This document shows, piece after piece, positions 18,994 through 27,754 of a DNA stretch of 64,000 bases. The stretch is from IMG/VR virus record IMGVR_UViG_3300033066_002329, positions 1 to 64,000 of that record; one strand, given 5' to 3'. The notes beneath the pieces are model-generated. The model was given only the letters and a program-made list of their open reading frames with translations, did not search any database and was not told the origin of the DNA. Source of the DNA: a virus. Taxonomy: Duplodnaviria; Caudoviricetes. The position numbers were made by a program, and so were the translations under genes. Each line of letters begins with the position of its first letter. Within the stretch, counting starts at the first letter, position 1.

Positions 18994-19127
18994 AAAACAG
19001 GGATAGTTTATTAAGAGTGTATTTGTTTTGTTAAGCAGGAGTTGAACCTGCATCCTTTTTCTTGACATGAAAACACTCATCCATTGAGCTTTTAACCGAA
19101 GTAACTCTTAAATATTGCCACTGTTTT
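18994..19127 (-). ncRNA. Y RNA-like (Yrl) element enclosing a tRNA-like cloverleaf
   Basis: Shared arms GTGGC..AAGAGTTACTTC / TACACTCTT..ACTATCCC around D-, anticodon- (ATGTCAA) and T-arms. Confidence 0.65.
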
Positions 19128-19128
19128 G

Positions 19129-19202
19129 AGAGAACAATCGGGATTGAACCGACTCTATTTCGCCTTGGCAAGACGATGCACCACCACTTATGCGTCATTC
19201 TC
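19129..19202 (-). tRNA. tRNA-Gly(GCC), second copy
   Basis: Cloverleaf, loop TTGCCAA, U73. Confidence 0.85.
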
Positions 19203-19253
19203 TTGGAGAGGGACAGGTTATTTATACCTTTAAGGGACTCCCTCAGACCCTTG

Positions 19254-19326
19254 AGCGAAAGACGGGGCTCGAACCCGCCACCCTCAGATTGGAAATCTGA
19301 TGCTCTACCAAATGAGCTACTTTCGC
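19254..19326 (-). tRNA. tRNA-Gly(TCC)
   Basis: Canonical, loop TTTCCAA. Confidence 0.92.
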
Positions 19327-19360
19327 ATATACAGGATTACAAGGTTCCTGAGGACCTTTG

Positions 19361-19434
19361 AGCAAGTGACGGGAATCGAACCCGCTCTGTTCCAGATTGG
19401 AAGTCTGGCGCACCACCGTTTATGCGTCACTTGC
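19361..19434 (-). tRNA. tRNA-Gly(TCC), second copy
   Basis: Canonical, loop CTTCCAA. Confidence 0.9.
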
Positions 19435-19437
19435 ATG

Positions 19438-19599
19438 TTGTAATAGTAATTAAAATGAGTAAAATAGACCGCTGGGTTTAGCCACTCCCCCATCTCCCCA
19501 TTTATAATATTTGTGGGGAGAGTACGATTCGAACATACGTAGAGCATAGCTCGGCGGTTTTAACCAATTTTGAAGTAACTCGCATTGTAGCCATTACAA
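19438..19599 (-). ncRNA. YrlA-like RNA with circularly permuted class-II tRNA module
   Basis: Order: conserved arm, variable arm, T-arm, acceptor TCTCCCC closed by loop to GGGGAGA, D-arm, conserved arm. Confidence 0.7.
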
Positions 19600-19605
19600 T
19601 TTTTT

Positions 19606-19720
19606 TATAGGGATAGTTAAGAAGAGTATGATGCTAACCACTTAGCGTCATCCCCATTATTTAATTTGAGGGGATGACAGGAATCGAACCTGCGAAGTAA
19701 CTCTTACTTTTGCCACTATA
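19606..19720 (-). ncRNA. YrlA-like RNA (permuted T-arm / loop-closed acceptor / D-arm)
   Basis: GCAGG TTCGATT CCTGT, CATCCCC..GGGGATG, GCT AAGTGGTT AGC inside the shared bulged stem. Confidence 0.75.
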
Positions 19721-19746
19721 ATATTTTAAATTCAAAGAACTTTCTG

Positions 19747-19823
19747 TGGAGCGTGTCGTATTCGAAACGACCTGATATTCCTCTTTGCAAAAGAGGTGGC
19801 CAGCCCTAGCAGCCCCATGCCCC
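19747..19823 (-). tRNA. tRNA-Ala(TGC)
   Basis: Loop TTTGCAA, G3:U70. Confidence 0.85.
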
Positions 19824-19882
19824 AGTTACCAATTTTTCTTTTATTTTCAGTGTGCGGTTATTGGTTAACCTATCTGCTACTC

Positions 19883-20533
19883 TTAAAATTTTCTTCCTTT
19901 AGTCCAACCTTGTTTCAAATATGAATCTAATTCTTCTTTTTTTATTTTTTTATTTATACTATCTTTTGTTATCCAACATGTTCCAAATTGTGAATTTTTA
20001 TTTCCAATGCCTTGTTTAGATTTAGTTTCACTCATTTTATTTTTAGTTTTTTCATCATGTTGTTTACCATTCCAATCAAAAAAATATTTTCTTTCTCTTA
20101 CTCCTTCTTCATAAGATTTTATTTGACTTTTTATTTTTTTGTTTATCCAATTTTTTTTGAAAATAGTGTCGTTTTTTAATTTTTCATTAAAAGCTTTTTT
20201 ACCAGCCTTAGAACATTTAATCATATGTTCTTTGTTTGAAAAACCTCCTGAACCACCTTCTTTTAAGTTCATACACAAACTATCTAAAAGTAATTCTTTA
20301 TTTATAATTTCAGACTCTCTATTAATCAACAATTCTCTATTTGGTAAAAATTCAAGTATCTCTTTAACGTGATTTTCAATTCCATATTTTCTAATTGAAT
20401 ATCTTAATTTTGTACCTGAACCCATATATCCATCATCTAACTTTGCTGTTGAATGCATGCCTATATACCATTTTTTAGTTACATTACATGTTGTTTTATA
20501 AATGTAATGTATATTCGCTTTTTTTCTTGCCAC
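19883..20533 (-). CDS. GIY-YIG homing endonuclease between two tRNA-Ala genes; paralog of 21394..22059
   Basis: HYIYKTTC...WYIGMHST...YMGSG. Confidence 0.85.
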   Translation of the reverse strand: MARKKANIHYIYKTTCNVTKKWYIGMHSTAKLDDGYMGSGTKLRYSIRKYGIENHVKEILEFLPNRELLINRESEIINKELLLDSLCMNLKEGGSGGFSNKEHMIKCSKAGKKAFNEKLKNDTIFKKNWINKKIKSQIKSYEEGVRERKYFFDWNGKQHDEKTKNKMSETKSKQGIGNKNSQFGTCWITKDSINKKIKKEELDSYLKQGWTKGRKF

Positions 20534-20591
20534 TTTAAATCATTTCTAAATAAATATTTAGAAATTTTAAAAAGTACAAAAAAGTTTAAGG

Positions 20592-20665
20592 TGGAGATGA
20601 CGGGATTCGAACCCGCATACCTTCTGCTTGCAAAGCAGCTGCTCCGCCAGTTGAGCTACATCCCC
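20592..20665 (-). tRNA. tRNA-Ala(TGC)
   Basis: Canonical, G3:U70. Confidence 0.93.
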
Positions 20666-20669
20666 ATGG

Positions 20670-20749
20670 TCGGAAGTTCACAGAAACTAATCCCCTGCCA
20701 GGCAGGAAACATTTCAAAGGAATGACCTAAATCATTTCTGCTCTCCCGA
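20670..20749 (-). ncRNA. small structured RNA candidate
   Basis: TCGGGAG/CTTCCGA and GCAGAAA/TTTCTGT stems enclosing hairpins. Confidence 0.35.
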
Positions 20750-20758
20750 TATTTTTTT

Positions 20759-21175
20759 CTACTTCCACATTCCACCTTGTCCAAGCCATTCAGAATATTT
20801 TTGATTTCTCTTATCTTTTTTTCTTTCTAGGAAATCATCAAATTCTTTAATTAAAGGCTCAGGAATTTTTATATTTTTATCAATGAAAATTTGCATTATC
20901 TCATCTCTCGTAAAGGTCCAATCTACAATTCCGTCTGTCCATTGGTCTCTCCAAAGCCCCCAACCACTCTTACCTGTAAGTACATGCTTTAAAATATTTG
21001 GATGTCTGGTTTTTATTATTTCACCTTTTTGATATTGTCCATTTTCAAGTTTTCTAAAACAAAATTTTGCTTCATCTCCATTTGGGTCAAACATTATTTT
21101 ATTTTTACTCTCAATATCTGAACCACAAAAAGTTGTAATATTTTGTTTTGAGATTTGAAAGAAAAAGTTAAACAT
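20759..21175 (-). CDS. hypothetical protein
   Basis: ORF within tRNA operon. Confidence 0.6.
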   Translation of the reverse strand: MFNFFFQISKQNITTFCGSDIESKNKIMFDPNGDEAKFCFRKLENGQYQKGEIIKTRHPNILKHVLTGKSGWGLWRDQWTDGIVDWTFTRDEIMQIFIDKNIKIPEPLIKEFDDFLERKKDKRNQKYSEWLGQGGMWK

Positions 21176-21332
21176 TGTATTAAAATTATCAGAATACTTT
21201 TGAAGTTTCCGATTGTGTTTTGTTCCAATTACTTTTTTTCTTTCTTCGATTCTTTGTTGCCTTTCTTGGCCTAAATGGCGTCCAAGCTGTGACCTCCTTG
21301 ATTTTTCATTTTTTTAGTTTTTAAATTGTTTG

Positions 21333-21408
21333 TCAGAGTGGCAGGATTTGAACCTGCGAACTCTCGGCTCCTGACCGAGCGCACTAGACCTGGCTATGCG
21401 ACACTCTG
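21333..21408 (-). tRNA. atypical tRNA-Pro(AGG), loop TCAGGAG
   Basis: C1:G72 acceptor CAGAGTG/CACTCTG, intact T-arm, C33 instead of U33. Confidence 0.65.
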
Positions 21409-22059
21409 TTGTTTTCGTCCTTTGAACCACCCTTTTTTAAGGTGCGAATTAAGTTCTTCTTTTTTTATTTTTTTAGCAATACCTTCTTTAACTATCCAAC
21501 AAGTTCCATATTGAGAATTTTTATTTCCAATACGTTGCTTAGCCTTTTCACTCATTAATTCTTTAGTTTTATCAGATAATTTTTTATTAGTATTTGATTT
21601 GTTACCAAAATTCTTTTTTCTAACACCTGATTCAAAACTTATTTTCCAAGCTTCTGATAATGTTTTAGAATATTGTTTAGACCATTCTTCATTTTTAAAT
21701 AACTCTTTCTTTTTTTCATTAGCAGCTTTACTTATTTTTTTTCTTAATTTTATTGATAAACCAATAAGCCCTCCATCTCCTCCTACTTTTAAATTCATAC
21801 ATTCTTCTTTTGCAATTTCATTGAGATTTACAATCTCTCTTTCTCTTGCAGCCAACTGCTGTCTATCTTCAAAGAACTCTAATATTTCTCTTTTATGGTT
21901 TGCTACACCATATTTGTTAACAGAATATCTCAACCTCTTTCCTGAACCCATATAACCATCATCCAAGTCATTGGTTGAGTGCATTCCAATATAATACTTA
22001 CCACTAAGTAAGTTTGTCGTTTTGTATATGAAGTGATACTTCTTTTCTTTTCTTGCCAT
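21394..22059 (-). CDS. GIY-YIG homing endonuclease
   Basis: HFIYKTTN...YYIGMHST...YMGSG. Confidence 0.85.
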   Translation of the reverse strand: MARKEKKYHFIYKTTNLLSGKYYIGMHSTNDLDDGYMGSGKRLRYSVNKYGVANHKREILEFFEDRQQLAAREREIVNLNEIAKEECMNLKVGGDGGLIGLSIKLRKKISKAANEKKKELFKNEEWSKQYSKTLSEAWKISFESGVRKKNFGNKSNTNKKLSDKTKELMSEKAKQRIGNKNSQYGTCWIVKEGIAKKIKKEELNSHLKKGWFKGRKQQSVA

Positions 22060-22106
22060 AATATCCTTTTAAGATAAATAGAAAGAAAAAGTACAAAAAC
22101 GACCAA

Positions 22107-22195
22107 TGGTAGGTGTAGAGGAATTCGAATCCCCTGTGTATCTTACGTTCTTGTTTTACAGACAAGAGTCACTCCACCGCCGTGACCGTACACCC
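22107..22195 (-). tRNA. tRNA-Tyr(GTA) with encoded CCA
   Basis: Loop CTGTAAA, long variable arm. Confidence 0.88.
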
Positions 22196-22206
22196 ATGTT
22201 TTTTTG

Positions 22207-22288
22207 TGGGAGTGGTCAGATTCGAACTGACTCAGCAAAAGCACTTGTTTTACAGACAAGCCCAACTCTCCAACGTTGGCGCACTCCC
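22207..22288 (-). tRNA. tRNA-Tyr(GTA), second copy
   Basis: Loop CTGTAAA. Confidence 0.88.
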
Positions 22289-22392
22289 ATTAAATGACCC
22301 TTTTCAAAGCCATTTTTCACACTGAACAAACAATGTGGTTAGCCATAACTACTTGAAACTATAGACGTCCGTCTCAAGCAATCTTAGGTTAG

Positions 22393-22466
22393 CGGTCCTG
22401 ACGGGACTCGAACCCGCAACCTTCCCGCAGACAACGGGTTATCCTACCAAATTGGACGACAAGACC
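22393..22466 (-). tRNA. tRNA-Asp(GTC), atypical loop TTGTCTG
   Basis: Cloverleaf, G73, pyrimidine at position 37. Confidence 0.8.
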
Positions 22467-22494
22467 ATTTGAGTTTTAAGTTCTCCAACTTTTG

Positions 22495-22568
22495 CGGTCT
22501 GGACGGAATTCGAATCCGCAATCTTTCCCGTGACAGGGGAACGCCATACACCCATATGCTGCCAAACC
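22495..22568 (-). tRNA. tRNA-Asp(GTC)
   Basis: Loop CTGTCAC, G73. Confidence 0.88.
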
Positions 22569-22596
22569 AAATTAAGTTTTAAGTTCTTCAACTATG

Positions 22597-22685
22597 TCGG
22601 GGTAACAGGACTCGAACCTGCATAAGACTTAAACGTCCATTCTTGTTTCCAAAACAAGTCGTCTTCCAATTGACTACATACCCCG
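22597..22685 (-). tRNA. tRNA-Pro(TGG) with unusually long variable region
   Basis: Loop TTTGGAA; ~20-nt variable segment with GAC/GTC hairpin. Confidence 0.8.
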
Positions 22686-22690
22686 TTATG

Positions 22691-22765
22691 TCGGAAAGAC
22701 GGGGCTCGAACCCGCATAATCTCCTCATCCCAAATGAGGCGAGGTCCCAATTCCTCCACTTTCCG
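22691..22765 (-). tRNA. tRNA-Pro(TGG)
   Basis: Loop TTTGGGA, C1:G72. Confidence 0.9.
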
Positions 22766-22826
22766 AATCTGAGAATGATTCACATCATTCTCATAAACTT
22801 TTATTACCAATATGTCAAATAACGCT

Positions 22827-22864
22827 AAAAAAAAACACCCAACTCTTTTGGAATTGGGTGTTTT
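22827..22864 (-). terminator. attenuator terminator of tRNA operon 1
   Basis: AACACCCAATT-CCAAAAG-AGTTGGGTGTT + T run, between leader and first tRNA. Confidence 0.85.
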
Positions 22865-22891
22865 AAGTTTCTTTTATATTTTAAATCAACA

Positions 22892-23011
22892 TCATGACTC
22901 AATATTAAATAACACACCCTCATCCAAGCTATAATCCGCTGGAGCATAACCCGCCCCGCCGTTCATCGGCATTGCAGCTGGCATGTTTGAATATGTATTT
23001 AAAGTTTTCAC
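22892..23011 (-). CDS. 39-aa leader peptide MKTLNTYSNMPAAMPMNGGAGYAPADYSLDEGVLFNIES (attenuator 1)
   Basis: GTG start, TGA stop; 18 of codons 10-30 are Met/Pro/Ala/Gly/Tyr/Asp, the downstream tRNA set. Confidence 0.8.
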   Translation of the reverse strand: MKTLNTYSNMPAAMPMNGGAGYAPADYSLDEGVLFNIES

Positions 23012-23065
23012 CTGTTGTTTTATTTTAAATAGTTAATATTTTTTGTTTTTCAATAATTTCTACGA

Positions 23066-23098
23066 CAAAGATATAAAAAAGTTTCACCTAAATGCAAA
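23066..23098 (-). promoter_or_regulatory. Bacteroidota primary-sigma promoter TTTG-N21-TATCTTTG for leader/tRNA operon 1
   Basis: Consensus match. Confidence 0.75.
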
Positions 23099-23149
23099 TG
23101 TTTTTTTAAAAAAAATTATAAGTATCTGATTTTCAAACTAATAAATTTA

Positions 23150-23872
23150 TTATTCTCTTATAATTTTTTTCTTCATTTTTTCAAAAGAATATTCTTCATC
23201 TGGTTCTGAATCTCCATATAATGATGGCTGAGAATATATAACTTTATCCTCTAAAACTCTTAACTGTGGCTGCATTCCATCAACAGCAGGTACATATAGA
23301 GACCAAAATTCGTCAGAATTTTTAGCTGACCTTGCATAGTGACTAGTCCAAAGGTCACTTTCTTTTTCTTGTTTTTCTAAGAAATCAATAAAATCTTTTC
23401 TTGTAACTATTTCTTTTTTTTCAATCAATAATACATTTACAATACCATTAAACCCTAATTCTTTCGCCATCGGATATTCTTTCAAATCCTTATTTTCAGG
23501 ATTTGGGTCATATACAATATTAAATTTTTTATCAATTAATACTGCATGAGTTATTGGATTAGAATCATTTTTATCAAAGAATTTTGGAGAGTAAACAGAT
23601 GCGTAAAAATATCCATCTACACCATTATATTTATTTAGAGTACTTATAAAAGTTGGAAAATATAAAACTTTTTTATTTAAAGGATTATGAAGAACTCCTT
23701 CATATTGATAATCTGTAGTTTTTAAAAATTCAAGCAAAGGCTCATAATATCCATTCTTATTTTCAATAAAATTTGGAACATCTTCATATTCTTTTTCAAA
23801 CAAAGAAGCGATTGCAGCTCTCATGCAATCGCCCTTATCTTTATCTATCTCTTTCTGATAAACTTCTTTCAT
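23150..23872 (-). CDS. hypothetical protein, possible papain-like peptidase fold
   Basis: GDCMRAAIASL...THAVL. Confidence 0.45.
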   Translation of the reverse strand: MKEVYQKEIDKDKGDCMRAAIASLFEKEYEDVPNFIENKNGYYEPLLEFLKTTDYQYEGVLHNPLNKKVLYFPTFISTLNKYNGVDGYFYASVYSPKFFDKNDSNPITHAVLIDKKFNIVYDPNPENKDLKEYPMAKELGFNGIVNVLLIEKKEIVTRKDFIDFLEKQEKESDLWTSHYARSAKNSDEFWSLYVPAVDGMQPQLRVLEDKVIYSQPSLYGDSEPDEEYSFEKMKKKIIRE

Positions 23873-24447
23873 TACTTAAAATTTGGCTCTTGGAAATTTA
23901 AAGATTTTAAAATTTTACCATCAGCTTTTTTCTTAATGATAAAAAAATCATCCACCTTTTCATAATATGTTTCAATTTTTTCTCCCATCTTATTTGGATG
24001 AATTCCTTCAGAATAAAGTCTTACAGTTTCAATTGCATCTTCTTCTTTTTCACAGTACTTAGAAAAATTTGATTTCATTACCTCTGAAAAATCTTCATCA
24101 AATTTTTCTCTTAGACCTGCAAAATGTATTAAATTACCCATTACAACACGCATATCAGCGCATGCATCTCTTAATTCGTCAACACTACCTTCTTCTTTTA
24201 TATCAGTTAAAGAATCTTGTTTATTAATTGCTTTTTTAATTTTTTCTAATGAAGAATGAAGAAATTGAGAATATTGTTCTGTTGAACCTGATTCCGCAGC
24301 CTCCATTAATTCCTCAAGTATAAGTGATAATGCTAGTTGAAATTTATTATTTTCTGGAAACTTTGGAGTATTTCCTTCTTTATAGCCAGCTATATCCAGC
24401 CAATTTGATATTCTTTCTTGTTCTTTCATATTTAAGTTTTTATTCAC
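23872..24447 (-). CDS. MazG-like/PRA-PH NTP pyrophosphohydrolase
   Basis: ILEELMEA...DACADMRVV...EVMKSNFSK. Confidence 0.7.
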   Translation of the reverse strand: MNKNLNMKEQERISNWLDIAGYKEGNTPKFPENNKFQLALSLILEELMEAAESGSTEQYSQFLHSSLEKIKKAINKQDSLTDIKEEGSVDELRDACADMRVVMGNLIHFAGLREKFDEDFSEVMKSNFSKYCEKEEDAIETVRLYSEGIHPNKMGEKIETYYEKVDDFFIIKKKADGKILKSLNFQEPNFK

Positions 24448-24491
24448 TCAAATATAATAAAAAAGCCTGGCACTGCCAAGCTTTTAATATT

Positions 24492-24683
24492 TTATTTTTT
24501 AACATTACCATCTGAATCAAAAAATTCAGATAATGTAATTCTATCAGAATAATCAATTGTTAATTCTGAATTTTTTTGCTGTATTAAACCTAATTGCAGT
24601 TTCATATAAAACTGTTCATTAAATTTTTTAAGCTTTGATTCTCTTTTTACTCGTTCCCAATCTTTTGTTAAATTTGTTATCAT
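24492..24683 (-). CDS. hypothetical protein
   Basis: ORF in operon. Confidence 0.45.
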   Translation of the reverse strand: MITNLTKDWERVKRESKLKKFNEQFYMKLQLGLIQQKNSELTIDYSDRITLSEFFDSDGNVKK

Positions 24684-24688
24684 ATTAT

Positions 24689-25165
24689 TTAGAAATTATA
24701 AGTTAAACCTACAGATACATAATTTGTTCTTGCCCAATTACTATATTGAACAAAATATCCAAACTTCTTAGGACAATATGAAAAACCTGCTCCATACTCA
24801 ATAAAATTATTAAAGTTATTCTCCATATAAGCACCTACACCGAATAATAAATATCCACTGCATGCACCAATAGGTTGATAAACCGCTGTTTTCAATTCAT
24901 AGAAACCTCTTGTTGTAGAAGATGCAAATACATTCTCAGTTCCAACAATAGCTCCTAAACTAATATTTTTACGCATTAAACCAACTTCAAGAGAAGGGAA
25001 TGAAGCCTTATTGAAATTATCAATATTTGCATCGCTTGGGTCCACATGACCAATCGACATTCCGATGGATGCATAATAACTTGTTTTAGACTTTGTAGAA
25101 TCTGTTTGTGCTAATGCAGCTGTTGCCATAAGGCAGATGGCTAATGCCATGATGATTTTTTTCAT
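24689..25165 (-). CDS. secreted/outer-membrane beta-barrel-like protein
   Basis: Signal peptide; C-terminal VSVGLTYNF. Confidence 0.6.
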   Translation of the reverse strand: MKKIIMALAICLMATAALAQTDSTKSKTSYYASIGMSIGHVDPSDANIDNFNKASFPSLEVGLMRKNISLGAIVGTENVFASSTTRGFYELKTAVYQPIGACSGYLLFGVGAYMENNFNNFIEYGAGFSYCPKKFGYFVQYSNWARTNYVSVGLTYNF

Positions 25166-25182
25166 TTTACCTATTTTTTATT

Positions 25183-26061
25183 TTAAAGATTTACAAATAA
25201 GGAATCCAACTCATCACACAAAGAGTGAAATGCTGGCATTTTTTTAATTTCTGGATGCCATGCAAGATTTCTCTCAATCAAGTCATATTCATACTTAATT
25301 TTTGCTCCAGGAATTATATCTCCTGCTGGATTTCTATCTCGTCCCATAACCCAAAGAGTATCAGAGATTGCAGCAGTAGAAGGAATATCGTGAGATACAA
25401 TGATAATTGTATTAAGTTCATGCATATTAGCAACCTCAACAATAAGATTAGAAACCTTCTTCACCATATTAGGGTCAAGACCAGAGAAAGGCTCATCCAT
25501 TAACAAGAAATTATTTGAGCACAAAATCTGTTGCGCAATGGCTACACGTTGTTTTTGTCCTCCTGATAATTGACCAGGGTAAAAGCTTTTTCTATTAGAT
25601 AAATCAAAACGTTCCAAGATATCATTGATTCTATCTTCACGTTCTTTTTTGTTTTTGTATTTTACCTTAGCAGCTACTTCAAGATTTCCCAATACAGTTC
25701 TGTGTTCAAACAAAGGATAAGATTGTTGAATTACTCCAACTTTACCAATTTTAACTGGTTCAAGCTCGGCTCCTATTTTAATAGAACCATGCGCAAGCCT
25801 ATCCATTTTTTCAGCCACTCTATCTCCTGGATATTCATGACAATCAAACGGCATAATGCCAGATAAAAGTTCAAACAATTTTGTCTTACCAATTCCAGAT
25901 GGACCAAGCAATCCTATAATTTGACCTTGAGACATTCCAGGTCTTACAATATTCTTAACGTCAATATTGATATCTTTCAATATTGGTGTTTTACCATATT
26001 GCAATGATACATTTTCAACCTTAAGAATTGTTTCGTGTTTTTCGTATTGATAATTTGTCAT
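25183..26061 (-). CDS. ABC transporter ATP-binding protein (TauB/SsuB-like)
   Basis: GPSGIGKT; LSGGQKQR; LLMDEPF. Confidence 0.93.
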   Translation of the reverse strand: MTNYQYEKHETILKVENVSLQYGKTPILKDINIDVKNIVRPGMSQGQIIGLLGPSGIGKTKLFELLSGIMPFDCHEYPGDRVAEKMDRLAHGSIKIGAELEPVKIGKVGVIQQSYPLFEHRTVLGNLEVAAKVKYKNKKEREDRINDILERFDLSNRKSFYPGQLSGGQKQRVAIAQQILCSNNFLLMDEPFSGLDPNMVKKVSNLIVEVANMHELNTIIIVSHDIPSTAAISDTLWVMGRDRNPAGDIIPGAKIKYEYDLIERNLAWHPEIKKMPAFHSLCDELDSLFVNL

Positions 26062-26062
26062 T

Positions 26063-26851
26063 TTATTTTTTTTGTGTTCCTAATTGAGAATATGGGCAAA
26101 TAAGATTGCGAACTACTCCAAACAAATAATCTATCAATATACCCAAGAAAAATACAGTCATTTGCATTGCAAAAACAGAAGAAAGATTCAAATGTTTATT
26201 TTCGTTAAGCATCATGGCGCCAATACCTCCATCAGAACGAACAAGCCCCTCAGCAAATGTAAGCATTGTCCAAACTATAGCAAAATTTTGTTTAACAGCT
26301 GTAATCATTTCATGAACCTTACCAAGAACAACTCTCTCAAATACAACTCTCCATTCATTACCAAAAATTGTTCTTGCATGATTATATTGAACATCATTAA
26401 CACTTTGAACAACTGTAATCATTGATTCTACAATAAATACACTCATGCCAAATACAAGCAACTTGATTTTAAGGTCATAACCATTTGTAGACATCAAAGT
26501 AAATACGAAAGACAAGCCAACCATAGGTAAGAATCTTGACACTCTCATAAGATATGCAATTGGTTTAAAGAAAGTAATAACAGTTGAGTATGCTATAACC
26601 GCTGAAGCTATAATAGCGATTAATAACGCATGAAAACATAAAGACAGACTGGCCCATGTATCTTGTATTAAACCACCACTTATGGCAAGTTCAACCCAAG
26701 AAGTAAGAATCTCCATAGGCTTAGGTATTAATGGATTTGCAAAATAACACCAGTATAATAAAATCAAAACGATTTGACATGATGTCATTATAATAAAATT
26801 TCTCTTGCCAATAGCTTTATTAGGAGAGAAAATGTCTAAGAATTTCTTCAT
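26063..26851 (-). CDS. ABC transporter permease
   Basis: Multiple TM helices; WTMLTFAEGLVRSDGGIG. Confidence 0.85.
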   Translation of the reverse strand: MKKFLDIFSPNKAIGKRNFIIMTSCQIVLILLYWCYFANPLIPKPMEILTSWVELAISGGLIQDTWASLSLCFHALLIAIIASAVIAYSTVITFFKPIAYLMRVSRFLPMVGLSFVFTLMSTNGYDLKIKLLVFGMSVFIVESMITVVQSVNDVQYNHARTIFGNEWRVVFERVVLGKVHEMITAVKQNFAIVWTMLTFAEGLVRSDGGIGAMMLNENKHLNLSSVFAMQMTVFFLGILIDYLFGVVRNLICPYSQLGTQKK

Positions 26852-26990
26852 ACTATTTTATACGTTAATTATAAAAAAAGGTTACAAAAAAAGCCTGGAA
26901 AATTTCCAGGCTTTTCAAATTTATATATTAGAGTTTATTTACCCATCACGATTTCAATTTTTTTCTATCTATTTATAAAAAAACATATTT

Positions 26991-27707
26991 ATGACACCAG
27001 AAGAAAAAGAAAAGCGAAACGAATATATGAGAATGTATCGTGCAAAAAACAAAGAAAAAACGAGTAAATACAACAAAGAATACATGACTAAATATAGAAG
27101 TGGAGAATTTCGTAAAAAATACTTAGAAGGAAAGAAAAAATCTTATGAGAAAAATAAAGATAAAATTAGAAATGAACAAAAAAATTATTATTTAAAAAAT
27201 AAAAAAAAACTTAATGAAACCAATAAAGAAAATTATAACCTCAATAAAGAAAAAAGAAATTTACAAAGCAAAGAGTGGAGAGAAAAAAATTCTGAAAGAA
27301 ATAAAGAATTAAAGAAAAATTGGTATGAAAAAAATAAATATAAGAGGGCTCAGCAAATTAAAAAACGTAAAGAACAAGACCCCTTATTTAAACTTAAGAC
27401 AGCCATATCATCCAGAATTAGAAGCGGAATTAAAAGTACTGGTTTCTGCAAAAAATTTAAGACAAAAGAGATTTTGGGTTGTACATATGAAGAATTTAAG
27501 TTATATATTGAGTCAAAAATTGAGTCATGGATGACCTGGGAAAATTATGGAAAATACAATGGTGATTTAAATTATGGATGGGACCTTGACCACATTGTTC
27601 CATTAGCTACTGCTAAAACAGAAGAAGATATTATTAATCTTAATCATTATAAAAATTTTCAACCTCTATGTAGCAAAATTAATCGAGATATTAAATGGAA
27701 GAATTAA
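26991..27707 (+). CDS. HNH endonuclease inserted antisense within ABC operon
   Basis: WDLDHIVPL...NHYKNFQPL. Confidence 0.75.
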   Translation: MTPEEKEKRNEYMRMYRAKNKEKTSKYNKEYMTKYRSGEFRKKYLEGKKKSYEKNKDKIRNEQKNYYLKNKKKLNETNKENYNLNKEKRNLQSKEWREKNSERNKELKKNWYEKNKYKRAQQIKKRKEQDPLFKLKTAISSRIRSGIKSTGFCKKFKTKEILGCTYEEFKLYIESKIESWMTWENYGKYNGDLNYGWDLDHIVPLATAKTEEDIINLNHYKNFQPLCSKINRDIKWKN

Positions 27708-27754
27708 AAAAAAAGCAGGACTTAGCAGTCCTGCTTTTTTTTCTTTTATTTCAA

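Noticed and set aside
18079-22810. Small ORFs overlapping tRNA genes (e.g. 18079, 18113, 19176, 19317, 22106, 22592; also 41162, 41617, 41666)
   Set aside because: Chance frames across tRNA sequences
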